DNA from: an uncultured Gemmatimonadales bacterium
GTDB lineage: Bacteria > Gemmatimonadota > Gemmatimonadetes > Gemmatimonadales > GWC2-71-9
Assembly: GCA_963771275.1 (NCBI GenBank)
Contig: CAVYSW010000003.1
Location: 352,001 to 416,000, forward strand
Reading direction: 5' to 3'
DNA length: 64,000 nucleotides
The position numbers were made by a program, and so were the translations under genes. This document shows positions 50,894-59,981 of the stretch, piece after piece; within the stretch, counting starts at the first letter, position 1, and each line of letters starts with the position of its first letter. The notes below the pieces were generated by a model. The model was not told the DNA's origin, ran no database searches, and worked only from the letters and a program-made list of their open reading frames with translations.

Positions 50894-51931
50894 GTGGCCA
50901 CCCTCGTCGAGGTCCGGTTCAAGGGCAACCGGAAGGCGTTCTTCACCTGGGACCAGCCTGACCCGCTCAGCCCGGGCCACTGCGTGATCGTGAGCGCCGA
51001 CCGCGGTCAGGACCTGGGCACCGTGTCCGCGTTCGGCGCCCCCGCGGAGCGGAAGTGCGGCACGGGGTGCTCCGGGTGTGCCCTGGGTCAGCCGCGGGCG
51101 CCCGAGGGCGCGGTGATCCGGCGCGCGTCCACCGAGGACGCGTATCTCGCGGACGAGCTCCGCCGGGCCGAAGACGACGTGCGCCGCAAGGTGATGGAGC
51201 GCGTCACCCAGCACCGCCTCGCGATGAAGATCTCGGACGCCGAGTGGCAGTGGGACCGGAAGCGGCTCACCATCTACTTCACGGCGGAGCAGCGCGTGGA
51301 CTTTCGCGCCCTGGTCCGGGATCTCGCCAGTCTGTTTCGCACGCGCATCGAGCTGCGCCAGATCGGCGCCCGCGACGAGGCCAAGCGCCTCGAAGGCGTG
51401 GGGCGCTGCGGACGCGAATACTGCTGTTCCTCGTGGCTCCCCGAGCTCCGGCCGGTGAGCCTCGCGCTCGCCAAGGATCAGCGGCTCTCGCTCAACCCGT
51501 CGCAGATCTCCGGCGGGTGCGGCCGCCTGCTGTGTTGCCTCCGCTACGAGCACGACTTCTACGTCGCGAGCCGCAAGCGATTCCCCAAGGAAGGCAAGCT
51601 CGTCACCACCGGGCGCGGTGCGGAGAAGGTGCTGGCGGTGGACATCTTTCGCGAGCGCATCCTGCTGAAGGACGACGACGGGCGCACCCGTACGCTGGCC
51701 CTGGCCGATCTCAAGGCGGAAATGGCCGACGCGTCGCCCGCCCCGCGCGAGGCGGAGCCACAGGCCCCGGCCGCGCTGCTCACGTTCGATGAAGGCCAGA
51801 TCACCGTGTCCCCCGAACAGGCGATCGCGTCGGTCACCCCGCCGACGCCACTCAAGCGGCGGCGGCGCGGGCGGCGTGGCTCGGGCCGCCAGGGCCGGCC
51901 CCCGGACACGCCCCGTGAGCCCGGTGCCTAA
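50894..51931 (+). CDS. ricT: PSP1-domain protein (RicT/YaaT family)
   Basis: RVDFRALV, RIELRQIGARDEAK, GRCGREYCC, SGGCGRLLCCLRYE. Confidence 0.9.
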   Translation: MATLVEVRFKGNRKAFFTWDQPDPLSPGHCVIVSADRGQDLGTVSAFGAPAERKCGTGCSGCALGQPRAPEGAVIRRASTEDAYLADELRRAEDDVRRKVMERVTQHRLAMKISDAEWQWDRKRLTIYFTAEQRVDFRALVRDLASLFRTRIELRQIGARDEAKRLEGVGRCGREYCCSSWLPELRPVSLALAKDQRLSLNPSQISGGCGRLLCCLRYEHDFYVASRKRFPKEGKLVTTGRGAEKVLAVDIFRERILLKDDDGRTRTLALADLKAEMADASPAPREAEPQAPAALLTFDEGQITVSPEQAIASVTPPTPLKRRRRGRRGSGRQGRPPDTPREPGA

Positions 51932-53429
51932 GTTCTACATCACGACGGCCATCGATTACGCGAACGGCGAGCCCCACCTCGGGCACGCCTTCGAGAAGAT
52001 CGGGGCCGACTGCATCGCCCGCTACCGGCGGCTGCGCGGTGACCATGTGCACTTCGTCATCGGCATGGACGAGCACGGGCAGAAGGTGGCGCAGGCGGCC
52101 GACGAAGCCGGCGTCGACCCGCAGCGGTGGGTCGATGGCATCGCCGCGCAGTTCGAGGCTGCCTGGCGCGAGCTGGCCATCAGCCACGACGATTTCATCC
52201 GCACGACCGAAGGCCGCCACGCTCACGCCGTCCAGGAGCTGTTCCGCCGGATTCGCGACCGCGGGTTCATTGCCGATGGCGTCTACCGCGGCTACTACTG
52301 CGTCGGCTGCGAGGCGTTCAAGCTCGAGAAGGATCTGGTCGAGGGCCGCTGCCCCATCCATCCCACACGCGAAATCTCCTGGGTCGAGGAGCCGAACTAC
52401 TTCTTCCCGCTGTCGCGCTTCGCCGGCTGGCTGCTCGAGCGGTTCGACGCCGCGCCACCGTTCGTCCGGCCGCCCGCCAAGCTCAACGAGATCCGCAACG
52501 TGGTCACGGACGGCCTGCAGGACATCTCGGTGAGCCGGTCGCGGGTTCCGTGGGGCATCCCCTGGCCCGACGACGCCTCCCATACGGTCTACGTCTGGTT
52601 CGAGGCCCTCACCAATTACCTGTCGGCGACCGGCTTCCCCGACGCGTCGTTCACCGACCTGTGGCCCGCCGACCTGCATATCATCGGACCGGACATCGTC
52701 CGGTTCCACGCGGCGCTCTGGCCCGCCATGCTCCACGCCGCCGGGCTGGAGCCGCCGCGCGGCATCTGGTGCCACGGCTGGGTCAACACGGCCGGCGCAC
52801 GGTTCTCCAAGAGCGCCGGCGTCAAGCTCACGCTGCGGGACGCGATCGACCGCCACGGCCCCGACGCGCTGCGCTATTTCCTGCTGCGCGAGGTGCCGTG
52901 GGACGGCGACGGCAGCTTCACCTGGGAGCGGTTCGACGCGCGCTACACCGCCGACCTCGCCGACGGCTACGGCAACCTCGTGAGCCGCGTGCTCGCCATG
53001 ATCGCGCGCTACGTGGACGGCGTCGTGCCGTCCCGACCGGCCGCCGTGTCCCTCGACGACGCCACCGACCAGGCATGGCGGCGCTACGTCGCGGCGATGG
53101 ACGACTACCTGCTGCACGAGGGCGCCGCCGAGGCCATGCAGCTCGTGACCGCCGCCAACGGGTTCATCGAGGCACAGGCGCCGTGGACGCTCGCCAAGAC
53201 GGGCGCGACCGATCGGCTCGCGGAAACGCTCAGCGCCCTGGCCGACACGCTCGCCACGATCACCGTGATGCTCGCGCCGTTCCTGCCCGGGAAGACGGCC
53301 GTGGTGTGGCAGGCGCTCGGCAGTGGGGAACCCGACGTGACACATGTCACCACGCAATTGCGGCGTTTGACGGGAAACCGCATCAGCAAGGTGGCGCCAC
53401 TGTTTCCCAAGCCTCGGACAGAATCGTAA
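51924..53429 (+). CDS. metG: methionine--tRNA ligase (short form)
   Basis: FYITTAIDYANGEPHLGH, GMDEHGQK, CVGC...CPIH knuckle, WGIP, RFSKS. Confidence 0.95.
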   Translation: MPKFYITTAIDYANGEPHLGHAFEKIGADCIARYRRLRGDHVHFVIGMDEHGQKVAQAADEAGVDPQRWVDGIAAQFEAAWRELAISHDDFIRTTEGRHAHAVQELFRRIRDRGFIADGVYRGYYCVGCEAFKLEKDLVEGRCPIHPTREISWVEEPNYFFPLSRFAGWLLERFDAAPPFVRPPAKLNEIRNVVTDGLQDISVSRSRVPWGIPWPDDASHTVYVWFEALTNYLSATGFPDASFTDLWPADLHIIGPDIVRFHAALWPAMLHAAGLEPPRGIWCHGWVNTAGARFSKSAGVKLTLRDAIDRHGPDALRYFLLREVPWDGDGSFTWERFDARYTADLADGYGNLVSRVLAMIARYVDGVVPSRPAAVSLDDATDQAWRRYVAAMDDYLLHEGAAEAMQLVTAANGFIEAQAPWTLAKTGATDRLAETLSALADTLATITVMLAPFLPGKTAVVWQALGSGEPDVTHVTTQLRRLTGNRISKVAPLFPKPRTES

Positions 53430-53468
53430 CCCATTACAAAACAATAACTTGGAAACACACGTCGAGGG

Positions 53469-53497
53469 TTGACACCCCCCGGCACGGGGGGTACTTT
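53469..53497 (+). promoter_or_regulatory. putative sigma70 promoter for the M23 peptidase gene
   Basis: TTGACA-17nt-TACTTT preceded by an AT-rich tract. Confidence 0.7.
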
Positions 53498-53576
53498 AGG
53501 CTTCCCGTCGCGTCGGCCGGGATGGCACGGGACCCGGCCCTTGTATGCGTTCGCACCACAACCGTGTGAGGTCACC

Positions 53577-54509
53577 GTGGCATCCAACCGACGCTGGACC
53601 ATCCTCGTGGTGCCGCACGGCGCGCGGCAGTCGCGCAGCGTCGAGGTGTCGGCGCGCGCGCTCAAGTGGGGCGTCGGGGTCGGCGGGTTCCTCGGCGTAG
53701 CGCTGCTGGCCTTCGCCGTGGCCACCGTGACCAAGACCATCAACCTCACGCGCCTCGACCGGCTCGAGCGCACCAACCAGCTGCTCGGCCAGGAGCTGGA
53801 CCTGACACGCGGACAGATCATTCAGCTGCGCGACACGCTCGCCGCCGTGGCCGTGCGCGACCGCCAGGTGCGCCTCCTCGCGGGGCTCGAGCCCACCAAC
53901 GCCGACGTGCAGCTCGCCGGCATCGGCGGGCCCGTGGGTCAATGGACGGAACGCGAGCAGCTGCTCGCCGAGGGTGCCGAGGGCCGCACGGCGCTCGAGA
54001 TACGCGTCGACTTGGCGACCCTGCTCCGCCGGGCCAATCTGCTGGCGGGCTCGTTCGCGGACGCGGCAGAAAGCCTGGAAGTCCACACGGATCGGCTGCG
54101 CCGCACGCCCTCCATCATGCCCACCCACGGCTTCCTGAGCAGCCGGTTCGCGCTCGACCGCATTCACCCCATCTACCACGAGGCGCGCGCCCACGAGGGC
54201 ATCGACATCTCGGCGCCCATGGGGACGCCGATCCTCGCCTCCGCCGGCGGGCGCGTCGTCGAGGTCGGGACGGAAGCCGGCTACGGCCGCATCGTCTCAC
54301 TCGACCACGGCGACGGCGTCGTGACGCGCTACGCGCACCTCTCCAAGGCGCTCGTGCAGCTCGGCCAGCGCGTCAAGCGGGGCCAGGAGATCGCCCTGGT
54401 GGGGAACTCCGGCATCACGACCGCTCCGCACCTCCACTACGAGGTGATCGTGAGCGGGAAGCACCAGGATCCGCTCAAGTTCATCTTCCCCGAGACGATC
54501 GTGGATTGA
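53577..54509 (+). CDS. M23 family metallopeptidase
   Basis: TM helix and coiled coil, then HEGID, YAHL, PHLHYEV. Confidence 0.93.
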   Translation: MASNRRWTILVVPHGARQSRSVEVSARALKWGVGVGGFLGVALLAFAVATVTKTINLTRLDRLERTNQLLGQELDLTRGQIIQLRDTLAAVAVRDRQVRLLAGLEPTNADVQLAGIGGPVGQWTEREQLLAEGAEGRTALEIRVDLATLLRRANLLAGSFADAAESLEVHTDRLRRTPSIMPTHGFLSSRFALDRIHPIYHEARAHEGIDISAPMGTPILASAGGRVVEVGTEAGYGRIVSLDHGDGVVTRYAHLSKALVQLGQRVKRGQEIALVGNSGITTAPHLHYEVIVSGKHQDPLKFIFPETIVD

Positions 54510-55267
54510 TCGCGCTCCGCCGCCCGACAATCCATCTCGCGGGCCTGCTGGCGCTCGGCTGCTCCGGCCGGGCGGTGCCGATTGACGTGCGGGCGTCCCT
54601 GCCCGACTCCACGCCCCTGCCCGGCGTCGAGATCACTGCCTGGCCGTACGATCCCGAGCGGCTGCTGGACTCACTCGCCGCCACCGACACGGTGCCGCCC
54701 CCCGATTTCTCCGCCCTGGAGGCTGAGCTGCTCGGCTTCACGCGCCCGCTGCTCGTCCCGGACGATTCCACCGACCGCGCGTGGCAGGCCACCCGTGACA
54801 CCGTCCGGCGCCTCGGCGACTCGCTCCGCCGGGTGGATCGCCGGTCGCCGGGGTACGCCGCGGCCTACGGTCGCTTCCGGCAGCTCTACCGGCGCCTGAT
54901 GGAGCGCTCCGGCGCGCGTGACGCCGTGCTCCGGTCACTCACGGCCGATGTCCGCAACCTGGCCGAGTGGGCAGGCCGGGCCGCGGACTCGCTCCGCGCG
55001 TGGGAGCGAACAGCCTACGCGGCCTTCGACAGCCTGTCGGCGGCGGCCGTGCGCGCCAGCGGCCGGAGCCCAATTGCGCAGGAAACCGATGCCGAAGGGT
55101 GGGCACGACTCGAACTCCCTCCTGGGACGTGGCATCTGACCCTCACCGTCCCGAGCCCCGAGAACCCCTTCCTCGAATACGCGTGGGACCTGCCTGTGAC
55201 CGTTTCCGCGTTCCCCCTTCGCGTGCCGGTCACGGACGCTAACGCCAGGCTCCGCTGGCGACACTGA
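54506..55267 (+). CDS. hypothetical lipoprotein
   Basis: TTG start overlapping the M23 stop; LALGC lipobox. Confidence 0.65.
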   Translation: MIALRRPTIHLAGLLALGCSGRAVPIDVRASLPDSTPLPGVEITAWPYDPERLLDSLAATDTVPPPDFSALEAELLGFTRPLLVPDDSTDRAWQATRDTVRRLGDSLRRVDRRSPGYAAAYGRFRQLYRRLMERSGARDAVLRSLTADVRNLAEWAGRAADSLRAWERTAYAAFDSLSAAAVRASGRSPIAQETDAEGWARLELPPGTWHLTLTVPSPENPFLEYAWDLPVTVSAFPLRVPVTDANARLRWRH

Positions 55268-55315
55268 ACTCGCGCACCGGACGGCTGGGCGCGCCGGAGG
55301 CCTTCCTCCTGAAAC

Positions 55316-55351
55316 GCGGTGCCCCGGGGCCTTCGAGCCCCGGGGCACCGC
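55316..55351. terminator. strong hairpin between convergent operons
   Basis: GCGGTGCCCCGGGGC-CTTCGA-GCCCCGGGGCACCGC perfect 15-bp stem. Confidence 0.75.
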
Positions 55352-55377
55352 TTCTCGCAAAAGGTCGGACCGGTCTA

Positions 55378-56748
55378 CTACTTCTTGGTGACCTTGACCT
55401 TGATGTTGTTGATGCCGGCGCCCGCCGTCCACGGCGAGAAAATGATGAAATAGTCCGTGTTCGCTTGCAGGACCACATTCACCGCGCCCAGCTCGTCCAG
55501 CGTGTTGCTCGAGACACCCGCGCCGGGACATTCCGAGTAGTCCGTCGCACAGACGTAGATGTCGTTGTCCCCGCTCACACCCCAGGTGGCAGCGACGTCG
55601 ATCACTTCGGCGGTGGATCCTGTTGTGTAGACGATGTAGTGGTCGTAGCCGGTGGGCGTCCCCGAGTTCTGACACCCCCGCGTGCCCTGCGTGCTGCCTC
55701 TGTGTACCAGGTACACCGCGTTCCCCGGCGACTTGACCGTGGCGAAGTCCGGCGGGGAGGGCGGATCGCTGCAGTCGTTGGTGATGTTGCCCGGCTGGTA
55801 CTGGTCCCTGTCGGCAACGGTCGGCCTGATGGTCCCCGCGGTCTGCTGCAGTTGCCCGGTTCCTATGTTGCTGAAGCTGAGCGCCGCCGCTGTCGTTGCG
55901 CCGGTTGCGGGAAGGGCGAACAGCACTTCCTCACCACCGAGATCCGGCCGGCCAAACACGACCGGACGCACGTAGTCCACCCCCAGGGTCGCGCTCCCGA
56001 GCCTCACTTGCGTGTCGCTGTCCCAGTATGGACCGTCCGCCGCCCGCGTCGCCCTGATCAGCGTGCCCGGCGCCGCCGCGGTGTCCGAGATGGTGCCCGT
56101 GAACACGCTGGCCCTTACGAGAACGGACTTTCGGGCGTCGGCACCGCCCGCCACTTGGACCTGCACCAGGACGGTGCCGGGGGTTCGACCAGTGGCCTCC
56201 GCCGTGTCCGCGCTCAGCGGCCCGATCACCGCCGTCGTACGACTAGACGTACTCCACGTCACGGGTACGGAGCCCGTGAGGGTGTCACCGGCGGCATCGA
56301 GGAACGTGACGGCATAGTTTCCCGTGAAGCCCGAGAACAGGGTGTCTGGCCCGGACACCACGACACCGTTGGGTCCCACGACAACCGGAATCGTGTCGGG
56401 AGTGAGCCCGGCGGTCTGGGCGACCACGCATGAAGTGCCCATGCCGGCGCCCTTGACGAACGCCGTCGTGGTCCAATCCAAGTTGGATGACCCACTGGTG
56501 ACCGTCGCGACGCCAGCGTCACACGTCGTCAGCGTGACCGCGGCGTCCGTAAGGTTGCCGACCGCGTCCTCGGCCCGCGTGCCGATAGTGGCGGAATCAC
56601 CGATGACCGTCGTTATACTGCTGTTCGAGATCCTCAATTGGGTCGCCGGGCCCGGCGGTCCCCCGATGTAGAGCGCCGGCTCTTTCGAGCAGCCCTGGGT
56701 AGCCACGAGCACCACGGCCCCCAAGATCAGAGCGCATTGCCGCTTCAT
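55378..56748 (-). CDS. surface lipoprotein with Ig-like domains
   Basis: MKRQ...TQGC lipobox; Thr/Val/Gly-rich beta repeats (VTWSTSS); GGAGGAG RBS. Confidence 0.8.
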   Translation of the reverse strand: MKRQCALILGAVVLVATQGCSKEPALYIGGPPGPATQLRISNSSITTVIGDSATIGTRAEDAVGNLTDAAVTLTTCDAGVATVTSGSSNLDWTTTAFVKGAGMGTSCVVAQTAGLTPDTIPVVVGPNGVVVSGPDTLFSGFTGNYAVTFLDAAGDTLTGSVPVTWSTSSRTTAVIGPLSADTAEATGRTPGTVLVQVQVAGGADARKSVLVRASVFTGTISDTAAAPGTLIRATRAADGPYWDSDTQVRLGSATLGVDYVRPVVFGRPDLGGEEVLFALPATGATTAAALSFSNIGTGQLQQTAGTIRPTVADRDQYQPGNITNDCSDPPSPPDFATVKSPGNAVYLVHRGSTQGTRGCQNSGTPTGYDHYIVYTTGSTAEVIDVAATWGVSGDNDIYVCATDYSECPGAGVSSNTLDELGAVNVVLQANTDYFIIFSPWTAGAGINNIKVKVTKK

Positions 56749-56803
56749 ATCGTGCAAGCTCCTCCGCCCGGCGTTGGCGTCCGGGCGCGTGCAGGTTCGC
56801 ATC

Positions 56804-58141
56804 TCACTGGACCTCGCTCGGCACATCTCCGGCCAGGGAAACGGACTTCTTCGGCCCAGGGGCGACTCCTGCCTTGGGCTCCAGCTTGAGCTGGAATCGC
56901 GCCAACCCCTTGAAGGTGTCGGTCGCCGGGAGATTCATGGCGTTCTGGCAATTGTTGACGGCGGAGCCCGCTGCGCAGTTCCGCACCTGGGCGGCCCGGA
57001 TGTCTACCCCGGAGATCCCGGGAAGCGTCGGGTCCACGTCGGCGTTGTACAGGCTGACGCGGCTGATCGTCGTGTCCCTGCTCCATGCCGACCGCAGCGT
57101 GTCCACCACCACGCCACTGCCCCACGCGTCCACGAGATAGCCCCGATAGAAGAAGCCGATCGGCGGCCGGGCGACTTCCCGGAAATCCACCGAAAGCTCC
57201 GCGCCCCGGGCCCCACCCAGCCCCGAGCCCCTCGGACCGAACACATAGTCGTTCGGCGAGGCGGCGAGCACCACGTCGAGACCGCCGTAGTTGCCCATCG
57301 TGAGCGCACCGCTGCCCGTGAGCACGCGCCGCGCATAGCGGGTGACCACGAGGGTGTCGGGAACTGGATCCCCCCCCCCCGGTGGATTGGTGGACACGCG
57401 CACCGTATCCGCCCTGAGAATCACGTCCGCGGTGGTCGCTCCACCCGTGGCAATCCCGACCCTGCGCCAGAGGAACTTGACGTTGCTCGGCGTGGTGGCC
57501 GGGCCCGACTCGATCGTCACGAGCAGCGCGTTGACGGCGTTGTCGCTGAACGGATTGACGGTGTTCGCCGGATCCGACGGGATGATGCGGAACGCAACCG
57601 AGTCCACCAACGGGTCGTCACTGCCGACATACGTGCCCGACCCGGATGCCGCGACTGGCACGCTGTCGCGCGCGAACAGCGAGTCGCCCGTGATCGGGTC
57701 CAGCTGGGTAAAGTAATGCGTGTACTCCGTCACCCGCCCGTACACGGGGGTGATGGTCCCGTCCGGGCCATGCGCCCAGACCTGGTACACGGCGCCCCCG
57801 CCAAGCGCCCGGAGCGTCGCCACCATCACGACGGCCGCCGAGTCCGTGGCGGTGGTGTCCTGCGTGCGGGGTGGCCCGGACGGAGCGGTAATCACCGTGT
57901 CGAAGAGCACCGCGCCGGTCGCGTTGTAGTAGACCCGGTGAGTCTGCACCAGGGTGCGCACCAGGTCTCGATCGGCGTGGCCGCCCGGGAGTCCGAGGGC
58001 CGCGGACCCGACGGGAAAATCGAACGCCCGCGGGCCCACGAGGTCCGTGATCTCAGTGAGCTTGGATTCGCAGGCCGCGAACACACAGCTGGCCAGGAGG
58101 GCGTAACCGGCCGCTCGGCCAAGGTTTACTCGGCTGCTCAT
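56804..58141 (-). CDS. lipoprotein of unknown function
   Basis: FAAC lipobox; ATG overlapping the upstream stop; GGAGGT RBS. Confidence 0.8.
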   Translation of the reverse strand: MSSRVNLGRAAGYALLASCVFAACESKLTEITDLVGPRAFDFPVGSAALGLPGGHADRDLVRTLVQTHRVYYNATGAVLFDTVITAPSGPPRTQDTTATDSAAVVMVATLRALGGGAVYQVWAHGPDGTITPVYGRVTEYTHYFTQLDPITGDSLFARDSVPVAASGSGTYVGSDDPLVDSVAFRIIPSDPANTVNPFSDNAVNALLVTIESGPATTPSNVKFLWRRVGIATGGATTADVILRADTVRVSTNPPGGGDPVPDTLVVTRYARRVLTGSGALTMGNYGGLDVVLAASPNDYVFGPRGSGLGGARGAELSVDFREVARPPIGFFYRGYLVDAWGSGVVVDTLRSAWSRDTTISRVSLYNADVDPTLPGISGVDIRAAQVRNCAAGSAVNNCQNAMNLPATDTFKGLARFQLKLEPKAGVAPGPKKSVSLAGDVPSEVQ

Positions 58142-58809
58142 CGGCCACCTCCCGGCGTGAAGATGAACGAGATGGCGGCGTAGATGTTGTGCGCCGTGCC
58201 GCTGAATTCCGGCTGAATGGGAATGACGTCGGGGAACCGCACCGGGCGGAACCGCGGCTCCACCGGATTGATGCTCTCGCGCGTAAAGTTGGGGTAGATC
58301 AGATCCTGGACTTCCAGGGTCACGCTCGTCCCGCCACCCGCGCGCAACCGGATCCCGCCGCCCGCCGTGAACATCCAGTCGGACACCGTGATCCTGCCGT
58401 GCGCCGCCTGCGGATCGAGGGTGATCGAGCGCCCCCCGCCACCACCCCTCGCGAACACGCTCAGCGCTCCCCCGGTCTCGAACTGCGCCTGCACCCCGTA
58501 CTGCAGCACGGTGAGCGGCTGGCTGACCGCCAGGATCATCGTGGTGTCGTCGCCGAACGTCATCTCGGCGGGGAAGTACTTGCCATCCGTGCCCGGCCGC
58601 GCGACGTCGAACCGCACGCCGAGGCCCAAGCGCGAGGAAACCCTATAGGTGGCGTCCACACCGAGCATCGCCGCGTTCTTCATCCCCGTCTCCGCTTTCC
58701 ACTTCACGTAGCCGAGGCGCGGGCCGATCTCGAATTGCTGGGCCGCCACGGGGCCCGCCGCCAGCGCGACGAGTCCCAAGCCCACTACGAGTCGTCGGTA
58801 CATGCACAT
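58138..58809 (-). CDS. small outer-membrane beta-barrel protein
   Basis: Signal peptide VAA|QQ; amphipathic strands (FEIGPRLGY, GGGIRL, ISFIF). Confidence 0.75.
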   Translation of the reverse strand: MCMYRRLVVGLGLVALAAGPVAAQQFEIGPRLGYVKWKAETGMKNAAMLGVDATYRVSSRLGLGVRFDVARPGTDGKYFPAEMTFGDDTTMILAVSQPLTVLQYGVQAQFETGGALSVFARGGGGGRSITLDPQAAHGRITVSDWMFTAGGGIRLRAGGGTSVTLEVQDLIYPNFTRESINPVEPRFRPVRFPDVIPIQPEFSGTAHNIYAAISFIFTPGGGR

Positions 58810-58819
58810 TCTCCCCGCG

Positions 58820-58856
58820 GGCGGGGGTGCCGGGCATCGTGCCCGGCACCCCCGCC
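58820..58856. other. intra-operon 17-bp perfect hairpin
   Basis: GGCGGGGGTGCCGGGCA-TCG-TGCCCGGCACCCCCGCC. Confidence 0.7.
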
Positions 58857-58863
58857 ACGCCCG

Positions 58864-59964
58864 TTATTGGCTTCCGCCGAGTTCGAACGAGAACGCGTGC
58901 ACGTTCTGGAGCTCACCCATGTTCGTGTACGCGTAGTCGAAGGACAGCCAGCTCCCGAACACCGGCAGGCGAAGCCCGCCGCCGAACGACAGCGCGTGGC
59001 TGAAGGACCGGAAATCTGAGTGCGCCTCGTTCACGAACTTCTTCCCCGCCCGCAGGAAGATCAGGTGGTTGAAGCTGTACTCGCCACCCACGGACATCTG
59101 GATGTCGGTATCCACCGCGTCGTTGAGCTCGGCCGCGATTTTGAGGTCGTGCTTGCCGCCCGGCGTCACCAGCGCGTCGGGGCCACCCATCAGGTTGGAC
59201 ACCACCGCGAACCGGAACGTCGTCGGCAGCGTGTACCCGGTGGTCTTGTAGCGGATCGGGACGCCGAACGGGAAGGCCTGGTCCGTGTTGATCCGGGCCG
59301 TGATCACCCCGCCCTCATACCGCGCCGACGGGCCGATGTTGGCGAGCGTCGCCGCGATCGTGACCCCGTACAGCCCGGTGTTGAACAGCGTGCCGAAGTC
59401 CAGGCCCCACCAGTTGATGCTGGCCTGGGAGATGCCTTCGCTGATCACGCGACCCGTGAACCCGACCTGGAGGCGGTCCGTCAGGCGCCGGCCGTAATGC
59501 AGGCCGATCGCCTTGGACGTGAACGTGAAGAACTCGCCCGCCGCCTGACTCCCGCCGCCCGGGTTTGATTCGTCCGTGCGCGGAATGTCGCCGGAGTTGA
59601 GTCCGATGTATGACACGCCGACGGCGCCGCCGAACATCGGCAGGACGGCCGCGGCGAAGTCGTGCCGCAGCCCGAGATCGCCGTACAGGTCGAGGCGCGT
59701 GAACGCAACGGTGAACCGGTCCACGCTCCCCAGACCGGCGGGGTTCCAGAACGTCGCGGTCGCGCCGGAGGCAAGGCCGGTATACGCCTCACCCATGGCG
59801 CGCCCGCGGGCGCCCACCCCGATCTCGAGGAAGTTCGCGCCGCGCTGCGCGACGCGGGTCGTCCCCTCGGTCGGGAGGGGCAGCAAGAACGTGCCGGTCC
59901 GCTGCGCCGCAAGCACATCGGGCAGCAGCAGGAGCGCGGCAACGAGCATCGTAGGCTTATGCAT
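58864..59964 (-). CDS. PorV/PorQ family outer-membrane beta-barrel
   Basis: FLEIGVGARGRAMGEA...ATFWNPAGL plug motif; FDYAY...HAFSFELG C-terminus; signal peptide. Confidence 0.88.
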   Translation of the reverse strand: MHKPTMLVAALLLLPDVLAAQRTGTFLLPLPTEGTTRVAQRGANFLEIGVGARGRAMGEAYTGLASGATATFWNPAGLGSVDRFTVAFTRLDLYGDLGLRHDFAAAVLPMFGGAVGVSYIGLNSGDIPRTDESNPGGGSQAAGEFFTFTSKAIGLHYGRRLTDRLQVGFTGRVISEGISQASINWWGLDFGTLFNTGLYGVTIAATLANIGPSARYEGGVITARINTDQAFPFGVPIRYKTTGYTLPTTFRFAVVSNLMGGPDALVTPGGKHDLKIAAELNDAVDTDIQMSVGGEYSFNHLIFLRAGKKFVNEAHSDFRSFSHALSFGGGLRLPVFGSWLSFDYAYTNMGELQNVHAFSFELGGSQ

Positions 59965-59981
59965 GTGGTCTCTCCTTTCCC

